A stretch of 64,000 nucleotides of DNA from a virus: positions 64,001 to 128,000 of IMG/VR virus record IMGVR_UViG_3300021425_000008; one strand, given 5' to 3'. Shown here piece after piece: positions 55,810 through 64,000 of the stretch (within the stretch, counting starts at the first letter, position 1; every line of letters begins with the position of its first letter). A program made the translations under genes and the position numbers. The notes beneath the pieces were generated by a model, which worked only from the letters and a program-made list of their open reading frames with translations, did not search any database and was not told the origin of the DNA.

Positions 55810-57496
55810 GTGGCAGAATTTTTTATCAACCGGCAATCATCCCACAGAAGTTAATTTAAACGAGGGGAACACCACTCTGATCATCGGTTCGAATGGTGCT
55901 GGTAAGTCCACCATTCTTGATGCACTGACTTTTGTTTTGTATGGTAAGTCTTTTCGTAAGATCAACAAGGGACAGTTGATCAACTCTACGAATGAGAAGG
56001 CTTGTCTCGTCGAGATTGAGTTTGATGTGAACTCTGTAAACTGGAAGATTCAACGTGGGATCAAACCAAACATCTTCAAGATCTATCGTAACGATGAGGA
56101 GTTGGATCAGTCCGCATCAGCAATTGATCAACAGAAGTGGTTGGAACAGAATGTTCTGAAGATGAACTACAAGTCATTCACACAGATTGTGATTCTTGGT
56201 TCTTCGACCTTTGTTCCGTTTATGCAACTTCCTGTCTCCTCACGTAGAGAAGTTGTAGAAGATCTATTGGACATTAAGATCTTCTCCTCGATGAATGATG
56301 TGATCAAGGGAAAGATTCGTAATATTCGTGAACAGGTCAAGACTCTGGAACTGAAGAAAGAGAACTTGAAAGATAAGGTTGATATGCAAAAAGACTTTAT
56401 CGATAAGATCGAGAGTCAGAGTAAGGATGACATCAAGACACGGATGGATAAGATCGAAACTCTGAATCAAGAAATTGAAAGATGTTTCAAACAGAGTTTT
56501 GAACAAGAAGAAGTATTGGAATACTTACAGAAAGAATTAAAATCTGTTGACAATGCTCAAGAGAGACTGAGAGAGTTTGGTAGTATCAAAGGTAAACTGT
56601 CTCAACGTATACAAAGTATTGTCAAGGAACATAAATTCTTCACAGAAAATACGGTATGTCCTACCTGTGACCAAGATATTGAGGAGTCGTTTCGAGTAAA
56701 TAGAATTAGTGACTCCCAATCTAAAGCAGAAGAGCTCCGAGAGGGTTATGAAAAACTTCAATCGGCTATTAAAGACGAAGAATTGAGGGAGTCACATTTC
56801 AAAACTCTATCCTCTAAAATTTCAGAAACACTTAATGACATTTCTTCTTTCAATGTACAGATCTCTGGTTTTCAACGACAGATCAGCGGACTGGAATCAG
56901 AAATTCAAACTGTTACCAGTCAGCTCGAGAACAGAAATACTGAGCATGAGAAGTTAGAATCCTTACACAGTAGTCTTGATAAGACATACGATGAACTGGT
57001 AGAGCACAAAGACAATATTTCCTACCACGATTTCATCTATAGTCTTCTTAAAGACGGTGGTGTAAAAGCAAAGATCATCAAAAAGTATCTACCCCTTATT
57101 AACCAACAAGTTAATAAGTATCTACAGATGATGGACTTTTACATCAACTTCAAACTTGACGAAGAATTCAACGAAACCGTAGAGTCTCCCATTCACGAAG
57201 ATTTTTCTTACGCATCTTTTAGTGAAGGGGAGAAGATGAGAATTGACCTGTCACTTCTATTCACCTGGAGGGAAATTGCAAGGGTCAAGAACTCAGTCAA
57301 TACAAATCTCCTGATTATGGATGAAGTCTTTGATAGTTCACTAGATGGTTTTGGAACCGATGAGTTCCTTAAAATTATTCGATACATCATCAAGGACGCA
57401 AACATATTCGTTATCAGTCACAAGACTGGTATGGATGATAAGTTTGATTCAGTCGTCAAGTTCGAAAAACATAAAGGTTTCTCAAGAAAAATTTAA
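55787..57496 (+). CDS. gp46: recombination endonuclease subunit gp46 (Rad50-like)
   Basis: GSNGAGKS, CPTC zinc hook, FSEGEK signature, IMDEVFD. Confidence 0.97.
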   Translation: MIVFKKIKWQNFLSTGNHPTEVNLNEGNTTLIIGSNGAGKSTILDALTFVLYGKSFRKINKGQLINSTNEKACLVEIEFDVNSVNWKIQRGIKPNIFKIYRNDEELDQSASAIDQQKWLEQNVLKMNYKSFTQIVILGSSTFVPFMQLPVSSRREVVEDLLDIKIFSSMNDVIKGKIRNIREQVKTLELKKENLKDKVDMQKDFIDKIESQSKDDIKTRMDKIETLNQEIERCFKQSFEQEEVLEYLQKELKSVDNAQERLREFGSIKGKLSQRIQSIVKEHKFFTENTVCPTCDQDIEESFRVNRISDSQSKAEELREGYEKLQSAIKDEELRESHFKTLSSKISETLNDISSFNVQISGFQRQISGLESEIQTVTSQLENRNTEHEKLESLHSSLDKTYDELVEHKDNISYHDFIYSLLKDGGVKAKIIKKYLPLINQQVNKYLQMMDFYINFKLDEEFNETVESPIHEDFSYASFSEGEKMRIDLSLLFTWREIARVKNSVNTNLLIMDEVFDSSLDGFGTDEFLKIIRYIIKDANIFVISHKTGMDDKFDSVVKFEKHKGFSRKI

Positions 57497-57570
57497 TATT
57501 GTTACGTTTTCACAAATGTTAGTGAAGTAACACAAACACAACTATATAATGTGTGAATTGGAGATTGGTA

Positions 57571-57741
57571 ATGCACAATCTGATTTCGCACAATGAACTT
57601 GCATCTTGGAAGTGGGATGAAAAGTCTAACTCTGATGAGAAATACGACCAAGTATCCGAATACTTCCAATGCATTTCAGAATGTGGTATCATAGATAGCG
57701 ACGCAAGGAGGTTCTGCAGACACGTCCTGACCGAAGACTAA
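57571..57741 (+). CDS. small Cys-containing hypothetical protein (56 aa)
   Basis: GGAG upstream of ATG 57571; YFQCISEC...FC. Confidence 0.75.
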   Translation: MHNLISHNELASWKWDEKSNSDEKYDQVSEYFQCISECGIIDSDARRFCRHVLTED

Positions 57742-57763
57742 TCTTGTAAAAGGAGCAATCATC

Positions 57764-57803
57764 ACCAAAGACCCCTCTTGGAGAAATTCAAGAGGGGTTT
57801 GGT
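57764..57803 (+). terminator. strong stem-loop, probable terminator
   Basis: ACCCCTCTTG...CAAGAGGGGT with a GAAA-containing loop; weak U tail. Confidence 0.55.
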
Positions 57804-57809
57804 CTATGT

Positions 57810-57880
57810 GCCAATATATAAACTGTCCGACCCAGTACAGACCATGATGGGTTTCGATGTATTATAGCTATATCGAGACA
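57810..57880 (+). promoter_or_regulatory. phage promoter module A (GCCA-AACTGTCC-TATTATAGCT-GAGACA)
   Basis: Same boxes and spacing as the module at 60021-60091. Confidence 0.7.
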
Positions 57881-57887
57881 GACAACC

Positions 57888-60020
57888 ATGATCAACTACG
57901 AAATCAAGTCACAACTCGCTAAACTCCTTGCCACTGAGAACATGGTGGTGGAGAACGCCAATGTGGAGACTGCACAGTTTGATGTGGAACGTCGAGTTCT
58001 GACTCTCCCGATGTGGAAGAGGGCATCCAACACTGTATACGATATGCTCGTGGGTCACGAGGTTGGTCATGCATTGTATACACCTAATGACTGGTCATGG
58101 GAAGATCGTATTCCTAAACAGTTTGTCAACGTGACTGAAGATGCACGTATTGAGAAACTGATGAAACGTCGATATCCAGGACTGTCTAAGAGTTTCTATC
58201 AAGGATACAAAGAACTTGCTGAAGATGATTTCTTTGATCTTGAGAACAATGATCTTGATTCTTTCAATTTGGCTGACCGTGCCAACCTTTACTACAAGAT
58301 TGGTAACTTCGTAGATATTCCCTTCACTGAAGAAGAGAAGAAGTATGTTGAGATGATGGGTGAGACAGAAACCTTTGCTGATGCAGTGATGGTTGCTGAA
58401 GAGATCTATAAGTTCTGTAAGGTTCAGAGTCAAAAGGAAGAGAGTGTTGATGTTCCTCTGTCGGGTAATGGATCTGGTGAAGGAATGACTCACGAAGAGA
58501 TGCTTGATGAAGCACAACGTCGTGAAGTTGAAAACGGAGAGGGTGAAGAAGACTTTGGTGAACTGGAAGATCTTTCTGAAGGTCGCTCAAAACCACAATC
58601 AACGACTGCTCCAGAACCCGAAGTTCAAACTGACGACATCTTTGAATCTGGTAAAGAAGAATTCAACGGTGGTGTACAACGTGGTGGTCGTGACTTCAAC
58701 TATCTTGAGGTACCAAAGGTCGATGTTGATAAGATTGTAATCTCTAACAAGCAGATTCATCAGGAATTGAATGATCATTGGATCGATCAATTGACACCTA
58801 AAGAGTATTACTGTGCATATACAGAGACAACAAAGATGACACATCCACGAGACTTTGGTCCTGTTGATGCTGAGTACGATCAATACAAGAAGTCTTCTCA
58901 GAAAGAAGTCAACTATCTCGTGAAAGAGTTTGAGTGTAAGAAGTCTGCAGATGCATACTCTCGGTCATTCTCTTCTAAGACTGGTACTCTGGATTGTTCT
59001 AAACTTCATACCTACAAGTATAACGAAGATCTTTTCAGAAAAGTGAATGTCATTCCTGATGGTAAGAATCATGGTCTGATCTTTATTCTTGATTGGTCAG
59101 GATCTATGGGTGACTGTCTGATGGAAACTATGAAGCAACTGTTCAATTTGATTCAGTTCTGCAGTAAGGTCAACATTCCTTTTGATGTGTATGCATTCAC
59201 AAACAACTATCAGAAGAGTGAGGATTATTTTTCTTATACTGAAAGTCCTATTCAGGAAGTCAAAGAGTATGACATGATCATCAGCCCAGACTTCAGTCTT
59301 CTTCACTTCTTCACCAGTGATGTGAACAAGAAACAGCTTGATCAACAAATGAGGAATCTGTATCGTATTGCATATTCCATTGTACGTTGGTCTAACTACT
59401 CTATTCCTGTCGGTTACAATCTCTCAGGTACTCCTCTGAATGAGGCTATCGTATGTCTTTATCAACTTATCCCTCAGTTCAAGACGAAACATAAAGTCCA
59501 GAAGATCAATACCGTGATTCTGACTGATGGTGAAGCAAATGTTCTCCCCTTCTATAAAGTCAACAATTACTACGATGATGGACGTATGGGTTCAGGACGT
59601 GTGTACATGGGCGACTTCATTCGCAATCGTAAGACTGGACACACTTACAAGGTTGAGGGTTCTTTTCACAAGTTCACTGAAGTTCTTCTCGAAGACCTTA
59701 AGACGATGAATCCTGGTGTGAATATTATTGGTTTCCGTCTCGCCAGTAATAGTGACTTCAAAGGATTTGTTCGACGGTATGATGACACCATGACCGAAGA
59801 GTCCTACAGGAAGATCAAAAAGAACAAGTCTGTTGCAATCAAGACCAGTGGATATACTTCTTACTTTGGTATTCTTTCATCTTCTCTTGACAACGACATT
59901 GAGTTTGATGTTGAGGATGGTGCAAGTAAAGCAAAAATCCGATCTGCTTTTGTTAAAAATCTTAATGCAAAGTCTCTAAATAGAAAGGTATTAAGTCAGT
60001 TTGTAGATATCATCAGTTGA
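57888..60020 (+). CDS. metallopeptidase-vWA protein (CobT-like partner of the AAA ATPase)
   Basis: HEVGH zincin motif; DWSGS, GTPL and LTDGE MIDAS motifs. Confidence 0.88.
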   Translation: MINYEIKSQLAKLLATENMVVENANVETAQFDVERRVLTLPMWKRASNTVYDMLVGHEVGHALYTPNDWSWEDRIPKQFVNVTEDARIEKLMKRRYPGLSKSFYQGYKELAEDDFFDLENNDLDSFNLADRANLYYKIGNFVDIPFTEEEKKYVEMMGETETFADAVMVAEEIYKFCKVQSQKEESVDVPLSGNGSGEGMTHEEMLDEAQRREVENGEGEEDFGELEDLSEGRSKPQSTTAPEPEVQTDDIFESGKEEFNGGVQRGGRDFNYLEVPKVDVDKIVISNKQIHQELNDHWIDQLTPKEYYCAYTETTKMTHPRDFGPVDAEYDQYKKSSQKEVNYLVKEFECKKSADAYSRSFSSKTGTLDCSKLHTYKYNEDLFRKVNVIPDGKNHGLIFILDWSGSMGDCLMETMKQLFNLIQFCSKVNIPFDVYAFTNNYQKSEDYFSYTESPIQEVKEYDMIISPDFSLLHFFTSDVNKKQLDQQMRNLYRIAYSIVRWSNYSIPVGYNLSGTPLNEAIVCLYQLIPQFKTKHKVQKINTVILTDGEANVLPFYKVNNYYDDGRMGSGRVYMGDFIRNRKTGHTYKVEGSFHKFTEVLLEDLKTMNPGVNIIGFRLASNSDFKGFVRRYDDTMTEESYRKIKKNKSVAIKTSGYTSYFGILSSSLDNDIEFDVEDGASKAKIRSAFVKNLNAKSLNRKVLSQFVDIIS

Positions 60021-60091
60021 GCCAGTCGGACAACTGTCCCATCCGCCACCCCACAAGGGTGGTTTTCGTATATTATAGCTTTGTTGAGACA
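60021..60091 (+). promoter_or_regulatory. phage promoter module B
   Basis: Same boxes and spacing as module A; includes the palindrome GGACA-AC-TGTCC. Confidence 0.7.
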
Positions 60092-60098
60092 AATCATC

Positions 60099-61160
60099 AT
60101 GGCACTATCCACTTCTTCTATCGTCGCTTCCCTTCAAGATACTTTCGGACCTGAGGTTACTACTGGTGACATTCGTGGATGGTGTGCCATGAATGACATG
60201 AGCTATCAGACCGTCACCAAGAAACTCAATGAGTACAAGGTTGGTCGTGGTAAATGGAACCTCACCGTTCAAGAAAAACTCGAACAGAACTATCAAGCTC
60301 CTGCAGCTCTTCCCACAATCGAACAAGACCTTATCCCTCAAAAAGATGATTCCTTCGTCAAGTTTGGTAACTTCTCTGATATTAAAAAAATTATTCAGTC
60401 CCGTCTTTTCTACCCTACGTTTATCACGGGTCTCTCGGGCAATGGTAAAACGTTCCTTGTCGAACAGGCGTGTGCCCAACTCAAAAGGGAACTGATTCGT
60501 GTCAACATTACTATCGAGACTGACGAAGATGACCTTATTGGTGGCTTCCGTCTGGTTAATGGTGAAACTGTTTGGCATAACGGTCCAGTCATCGAGGCTC
60601 TGGAACGTGGAGCAGTACTTCTTCTAGACGAGGTTGACCTGGCTTCTAACAAGATCCTGTGTCTTCAGTCTATTCTCGAAGGTAAGGGTGTCTTTCTGAA
60701 GAAGATCGGTCGATTCGTCAAACCTGCTAACGGTTTCCAAGTCATCGCCACTGCCAACACCAAGGGTAAGGGTTCTGACGATGGTCGGTTCATCGGTACT
60801 AACGTTCTGAACGAAGCATTCCTTGAACGTTTCTGTGTGACCTTCGAACAGTCCTATCCGACTCCTTCTACAGAACAGAAGATTCTTGAGTCTGATTGTG
60901 ATGACAAGGAATTCTGTAAGCACTTGGTTGACTGGGCAGACATCATCCGCAAGACCTTCTATGATGGTGGTATTGATGAGATCATCTCCACCCGTCGTCT
61001 GGTTCACATCGTCCGTGCATACTCTATCTTTGGTGACAAAGCCAAAGCACTTCAGGTTTGTATCAATCGTTTCGATGATGAAACTAAAGCTGCATTCTTG
61101 GAACTCTATGACAAAGTTGATGTAGATTTCCAAATGATTGACACTACGGAGGAATCTTGA
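60099..61160 (+). CDS. cobS: CobS-like MoxR-family AAA+ ATPase
   Basis: GLSGNGKT, LLLDEVD, ATANTKGKGS, NEAFLERF, ISTRRL. Confidence 0.9.
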   Translation: MALSTSSIVASLQDTFGPEVTTGDIRGWCAMNDMSYQTVTKKLNEYKVGRGKWNLTVQEKLEQNYQAPAALPTIEQDLIPQKDDSFVKFGNFSDIKKIIQSRLFYPTFITGLSGNGKTFLVEQACAQLKRELIRVNITIETDEDDLIGGFRLVNGETVWHNGPVIEALERGAVLLLDEVDLASNKILCLQSILEGKGVFLKKIGRFVKPANGFQVIATANTKGKGSDDGRFIGTNVLNEAFLERFCVTFEQSYPTPSTEQKILESDCDDKEFCKHLVDWADIIRKTFYDGGIDEIISTRRLVHIVRAYSIFGDKAKALQVCINRFDDETKAAFLELYDKVDVDFQMIDTTEES

Positions 61161-61166
61161 TAGAAT
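61138..61166 (+). promoter_or_regulatory. sigma70-type promoter within the 3' end of cobS
   Basis: TTGACA-N17-TAGAAT. Confidence 0.65.
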
Positions 61167-61617
61167 GAACTCATGGTCCCTATTGTATGATGAACTCATG
61201 AGTGATGATGAATGGGTGAAAGAAAACGGGGGGTATGAATATACTCCTCTCACCGAATCTTCTACGGGTAACGTAGATATCCACACAAATTATGAAATGA
61301 CATTGAACATTGATAACGCTAATGGTTTCTGGAAATATCAGGAAGATGTAATCCTCAAGGAGATCCGTGACTATCTTGGTGGTACGTATAAAGCACATTA
61401 TGCTAACGACAACAAGACTCAGACACTGGATCTGATTGATAGTATTGGTGACTCAGAAGCATTCTGTCGATCCAACGCAATCAAATATCTCTCACGGTTT
61501 GGTAAGAAGGACGGCAAGTCTAAACTTGACATCCTCAAAGCAATCCACTACTGTATTCTCCTCTATCATTTCTCTGGCATCAATAAGCAACCAAAAGGTA
61601 ATTATGAAACTTTCTGA
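61165..61617 (+). CDS. conserved hypothetical protein, DUF3310-like (start uncertain: 61165 or 61198)
   Basis: HY...FCRSNAIKYLSRFGKKDG...DILKAIHY. Confidence 0.8.
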   Translation: MNSWSLLYDELMSDDEWVKENGGYEYTPLTESSTGNVDIHTNYEMTLNIDNANGFWKYQEDVILKEIRDYLGGTYKAHYANDNKTQTLDLIDSIGDSEAFCRSNAIKYLSRFGKKDGKSKLDILKAIHYCILLYHFSGINKQPKGNYETF

Positions 61618-62269
61618 ATCTACTGTATCTCTCCTGAAGAACTTCTCTTCGATCAATCAGTCTATCCTGTTCAAGGAAGGACAGAAGTTGCGTTCAATTT
61701 CAGTGATGAAGAACATCCTGGTTGAAGCCAATGTGTCTGAAGAGTTCCCTAAAGACTTCGGTATCTACGATCTGAACCAGTTCCTCAATGGACTGTCTCT
61801 TCACTCCTCTCCTGATCTTGACTTTGACAATGATCAGTATGTTGTAATCAAGGAAGGTCGTTCTCGTTCTAAGTATTTCTTTGCAGATCCTTCTGTGATT
61901 GTTGCACCTCCTGAGAAAGAGATCACTCTTCCGACTGAGGATGTTTGTTTCCAACTGACCAGTCAACAACTGGAGAAACTGAAGAAAGCTGCATCTGTCT
62001 ATCAACTTCCCGATATCTCTGTGATTGGTGAAGCTGGTGTCATCAAGTTGGTTACTCGTGATAAGAAGAATGATACTTCTAATGACTTCTCTATCATCGT
62101 TGGTGAGACAGAGACTGAGTTTGTCTTTAACTTCAAAGAAGAGAACCTGAAGATCGTCCCTGGTAACTATGATGTGGTTGTGTCAGAAAAACTTCTGTCC
62201 CGTTTCCAGAATCAGAACATCGATGTGACCTATTATATCGCTCTGGAACCTGATTCTACCTTTGGCTGA
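61604..62269 (+). CDS. gp45: sliding clamp gp45
   Basis: MKLSESTVSLLKNFSSINQSI, FGIYDLNQFL, YYIALE. Confidence 0.96.
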   Translation: MKLSESTVSLLKNFSSINQSILFKEGQKLRSISVMKNILVEANVSEEFPKDFGIYDLNQFLNGLSLHSSPDLDFDNDQYVVIKEGRSRSKYFFADPSVIVAPPEKEITLPTEDVCFQLTSQQLEKLKKAASVYQLPDISVIGEAGVIKLVTRDKKNDTSNDFSIIVGETETEFVFNFKEENLKIVPGNYDVVVSEKLLSRFQNQNIDVTYYIALEPDSTFG

Positions 62270-62604
62270 TGAGACACATTCTCTTCACTTTGAAGGGTTG
62301 TCCTTTTGGATTGTTGGATGATGAGGCACACATTCGTAACGTTCTTGCGAATGCTGCCACGCTGTCTGAGAGTACACTACTTGGCATTCAATCTCATAAG
62401 TTTCAACCCCAAGGAGTCACTGCTGTTGCTCTTCTTGCAGAGTCCCATATCTCTATCCACACATGGCCTGAGAATGGAATGGCAGTATGTGATGTGTTCA
62501 CATGTGGTGAACAAACAAATCCAAGGTCTGGTGCAACATATATGTACGAGGCAATGGGTGCAACTGATCTTGTTTCTGAAATCTTCAACAGACCTTTGCA
62601 ATGA
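62269..62604 (+). CDS. speD: S-adenosylmethionine decarboxylase proenzyme
   Basis: HKFQPQGVT, LAESHISIHTWPE (E-S autocleavage site), DVFTCG. Confidence 0.93.
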   Translation: MRHILFTLKGCPFGLLDDEAHIRNVLANAATLSESTLLGIQSHKFQPQGVTAVALLAESHISIHTWPENGMAVCDVFTCGEQTNPRSGATYMYEAMGATDLVSEIFNRPLQ

Positions 62605-63128
62605 ATATCTTTGTTACTGATCCTGATCCCGTCAAGTCTGCTCGTGTCCTACCAGACAAGCACATCGTCAAGATGCCCCTAGAGACATGTCAGATGCTCT
62701 CTATCGTCTGTTCCGAGAAGTGGGGACATGGGTTCGGAACCATCCCTAAGGCAGATGGTCAACCGTACAAGACCACCACAGGTGCCTTCCGTAATCATCC
62801 CTGTACCATCTGGGCAAACTCCTTTGTAAACAACTGGAGATGGTTACTTGCTCACGGATTTGCAATGTGTGATGAGTATGCACTGAGATATGGTAAACCC
62901 CATACCTGTTTCAATACTCTTCAGGCAGCAAATGAAATCCTTCCATGTGCAGATCCTCAGGGTAGGTCAGGTAAAGGTCCAACACCTTTTGTATTTGCTG
63001 GACCTGATGAATTCAAATACGATGAAAGTATTGACATCTATACTAAGTACAAAAGATACATTGCATCAAAACCATGGGTGAAGGACAACTACCTGAGAAT
63101 GCCCGAGAGAAAGCCGGACTGGGTTTGA
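62601..63128 (+). CDS. pyrimidine-dimer DNA glycosylase (DenV)-family protein
   Basis: MNIF...DKHIVKMPLE..QML, NHPCTIW, EY..RYGK.H. Confidence 0.75.
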   Translation: MNIFVTDPDPVKSARVLPDKHIVKMPLETCQMLSIVCSEKWGHGFGTIPKADGQPYKTTTGAFRNHPCTIWANSFVNNWRWLLAHGFAMCDEYALRYGKPHTCFNTLQAANEILPCADPQGRSGKGPTPFVFAGPDEFKYDESIDIYTKYKRYIASKPWVKDNYLRMPERKPDWV

Positions 63129-63240
63129 TACCTTTCAGTCTCTGTTTACTTGGTACACTTTGTGTTATAGTAGCAGGGTATTTCCACGGTCACATGAATA
63201 TTGGTACCGTGTACCACAACTTGCATAACTTTAATTGATT

Positions 63241-64000
63241 ATGAGTCGTAATGATTTCGTCTGGTGTGAGTCTTATCGACCCCAGACTATTGATGATTGT
63301 ATTCTTCCTGACGGAATCAAGAATACTTTCAAACAGTTTATAGAGAAGGGGGAAGTGCCTAATCTTCTTCTCTCTGGACCTCCTGGATGTGGAAAGACCA
63401 CTGTCGCCAAGGCACTTTGTCATGAACTTGGAGTAGACTATTATGTCATCAACGGATCCGATGAGGGACGATTCCTCGATACTGTCAGAAACAATGCGAA
63501 GAATTTCGCTTCGACCGTCTCGCTTTCGTCAACTGCAAAACACAAAGTCATCATCATTGATGAGGCAGATAACACAACCCCAGATGTACAACTCTGTCTA
63601 CGGGCGTTTACTGAGGAGTTTATTGGGAACTGTAGATTCATCTTCACCTGTAACTACAAAAACAAAATCATCCAACCCCTCCACTCTCGATGTGCAGTCG
63701 TTGACTTCTCCATCAAAGGAAAAGAACGACAAGCCCTCGCAGGAAAGTTCTTCCAACGCCTCCAACAAATCCTCGATACAGAAAGTGTTGAATATGATAA
63801 CAAGGTCCTGGTAGAACTCATTCAAAAACACTTCCCTGACTGGAGACGTGTACTCAACGAACTACAACGATACTCCGTCAGTGGAAAGATTGATACTGGT
63901 ATCCTTGCCGCATTCACTAATGTAAAGACAGATGATCTCTTTAAACACCTTAAAGACAAAGATTTCCCCAAGGTCCGTAAATGGGTCGTGGATAATCTTG
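63241..64000 (+). CDS. gp44: clamp loader subunit gp44 (partial; runs off the window)
   Basis: Manual translation: MSRNDFVWCESYRPQTIDDCIL, GPPGCGKT, IIDEAD, PLHSRC, FPDWRR. Confidence 0.95.
   Translation, partial: MSRNDFVWCESYRPQTIDDCILPDGIKNTFKQFIEKGEVPNLLLSGPPGCGKTTVAKALCHELGVDYYVINGSDEGRFLDTVRNNAKNFASTVSLSSTAKHKVIIIDEADNTTPDVQLCLRAFTEEFIGNCRFIFTCNYKNKIIQPLHSRCAVVDFSIKGKERQALAGKFFQRLQQILDTESVEYDNKVLVELIQKHFPDWRRVLNELQRYSVSGKIDTGILAAFTNVKTDDLFKHLKDKDFPKVRKWVVDNL

Noticed and set aside
39419-57496. Inteins, introns or homing endonucleases in gp17, gp20, gp23, uvsW or gp46
   Set aside because: ORFs are uninterrupted, of ordinary length, and show no splice-junction or endonuclease motifs.
57571-57741. 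CP12 assignment for the small Cys-containing ORF
   Set aside because: Lacks the CP12 C-terminal C-x8-C..YD motif and the AWD.VEEL core.
60624-61286. 220-aa minus-strand ORF, and the other minus-strand or alternate-frame ORFs in the track
   Set aside because: They overlap well-supported + strand genes and lack recognisable motifs; best explained as codon-bias shadows.
63443-63814. 123-aa + strand ORF in the track
   Set aside because: Out-of-frame overlap with gp44, which starts at 63241 and was omitted from the track, apparently because it has no stop in the window.

Overview
A 64-kb segment of a T4-like marine cyanomyovirus genome (inferred from gene content and order, plus speD and cobS). 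Essentially all real genes are on the + strand. (1) 1-4.5 kb is an accessory region of about 17 tiny ORFs punctuated by six copies of a conserved 29-bp element (GTTAGTWACCTCSAAANGTCYHCWRYAGT), with two promoter-bearing, structured non-coding gaps. (2) 4.5-7.3 kb holds a glycosyltransferase-like gene, a Zn-ribbon membrane protein, a very basic peptide and a SET-domain protein. (3) 7.3-51 kb is the virion morphogenesis block: gp25, gp6, a 4033-aa gp7-like protein, gp8, a VrlC-like protein, gp13-gp23 and gp3. (4) 51-64 kb is the recombination/replication block: uvsY, uvsW, gp55, gp47, gp46, a peptidase-vWA protein, cobS-like AAA, gp45, speD, a DenV-like glycosylase and partial gp44. I found no tRNA, rRNA, CRISPR array, integrase, reverse transcriptase, intron or intein. 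The most interesting signals are the repeat-delimited small-gene cassette array, two orphan promoters firing into structured non-coding DNA, the SET-domain/Lys-rich peptide pair, and candidate protease-processed internal capsid proteins. All family assignments come from recognising motifs and synteny by eye, not from database searches.
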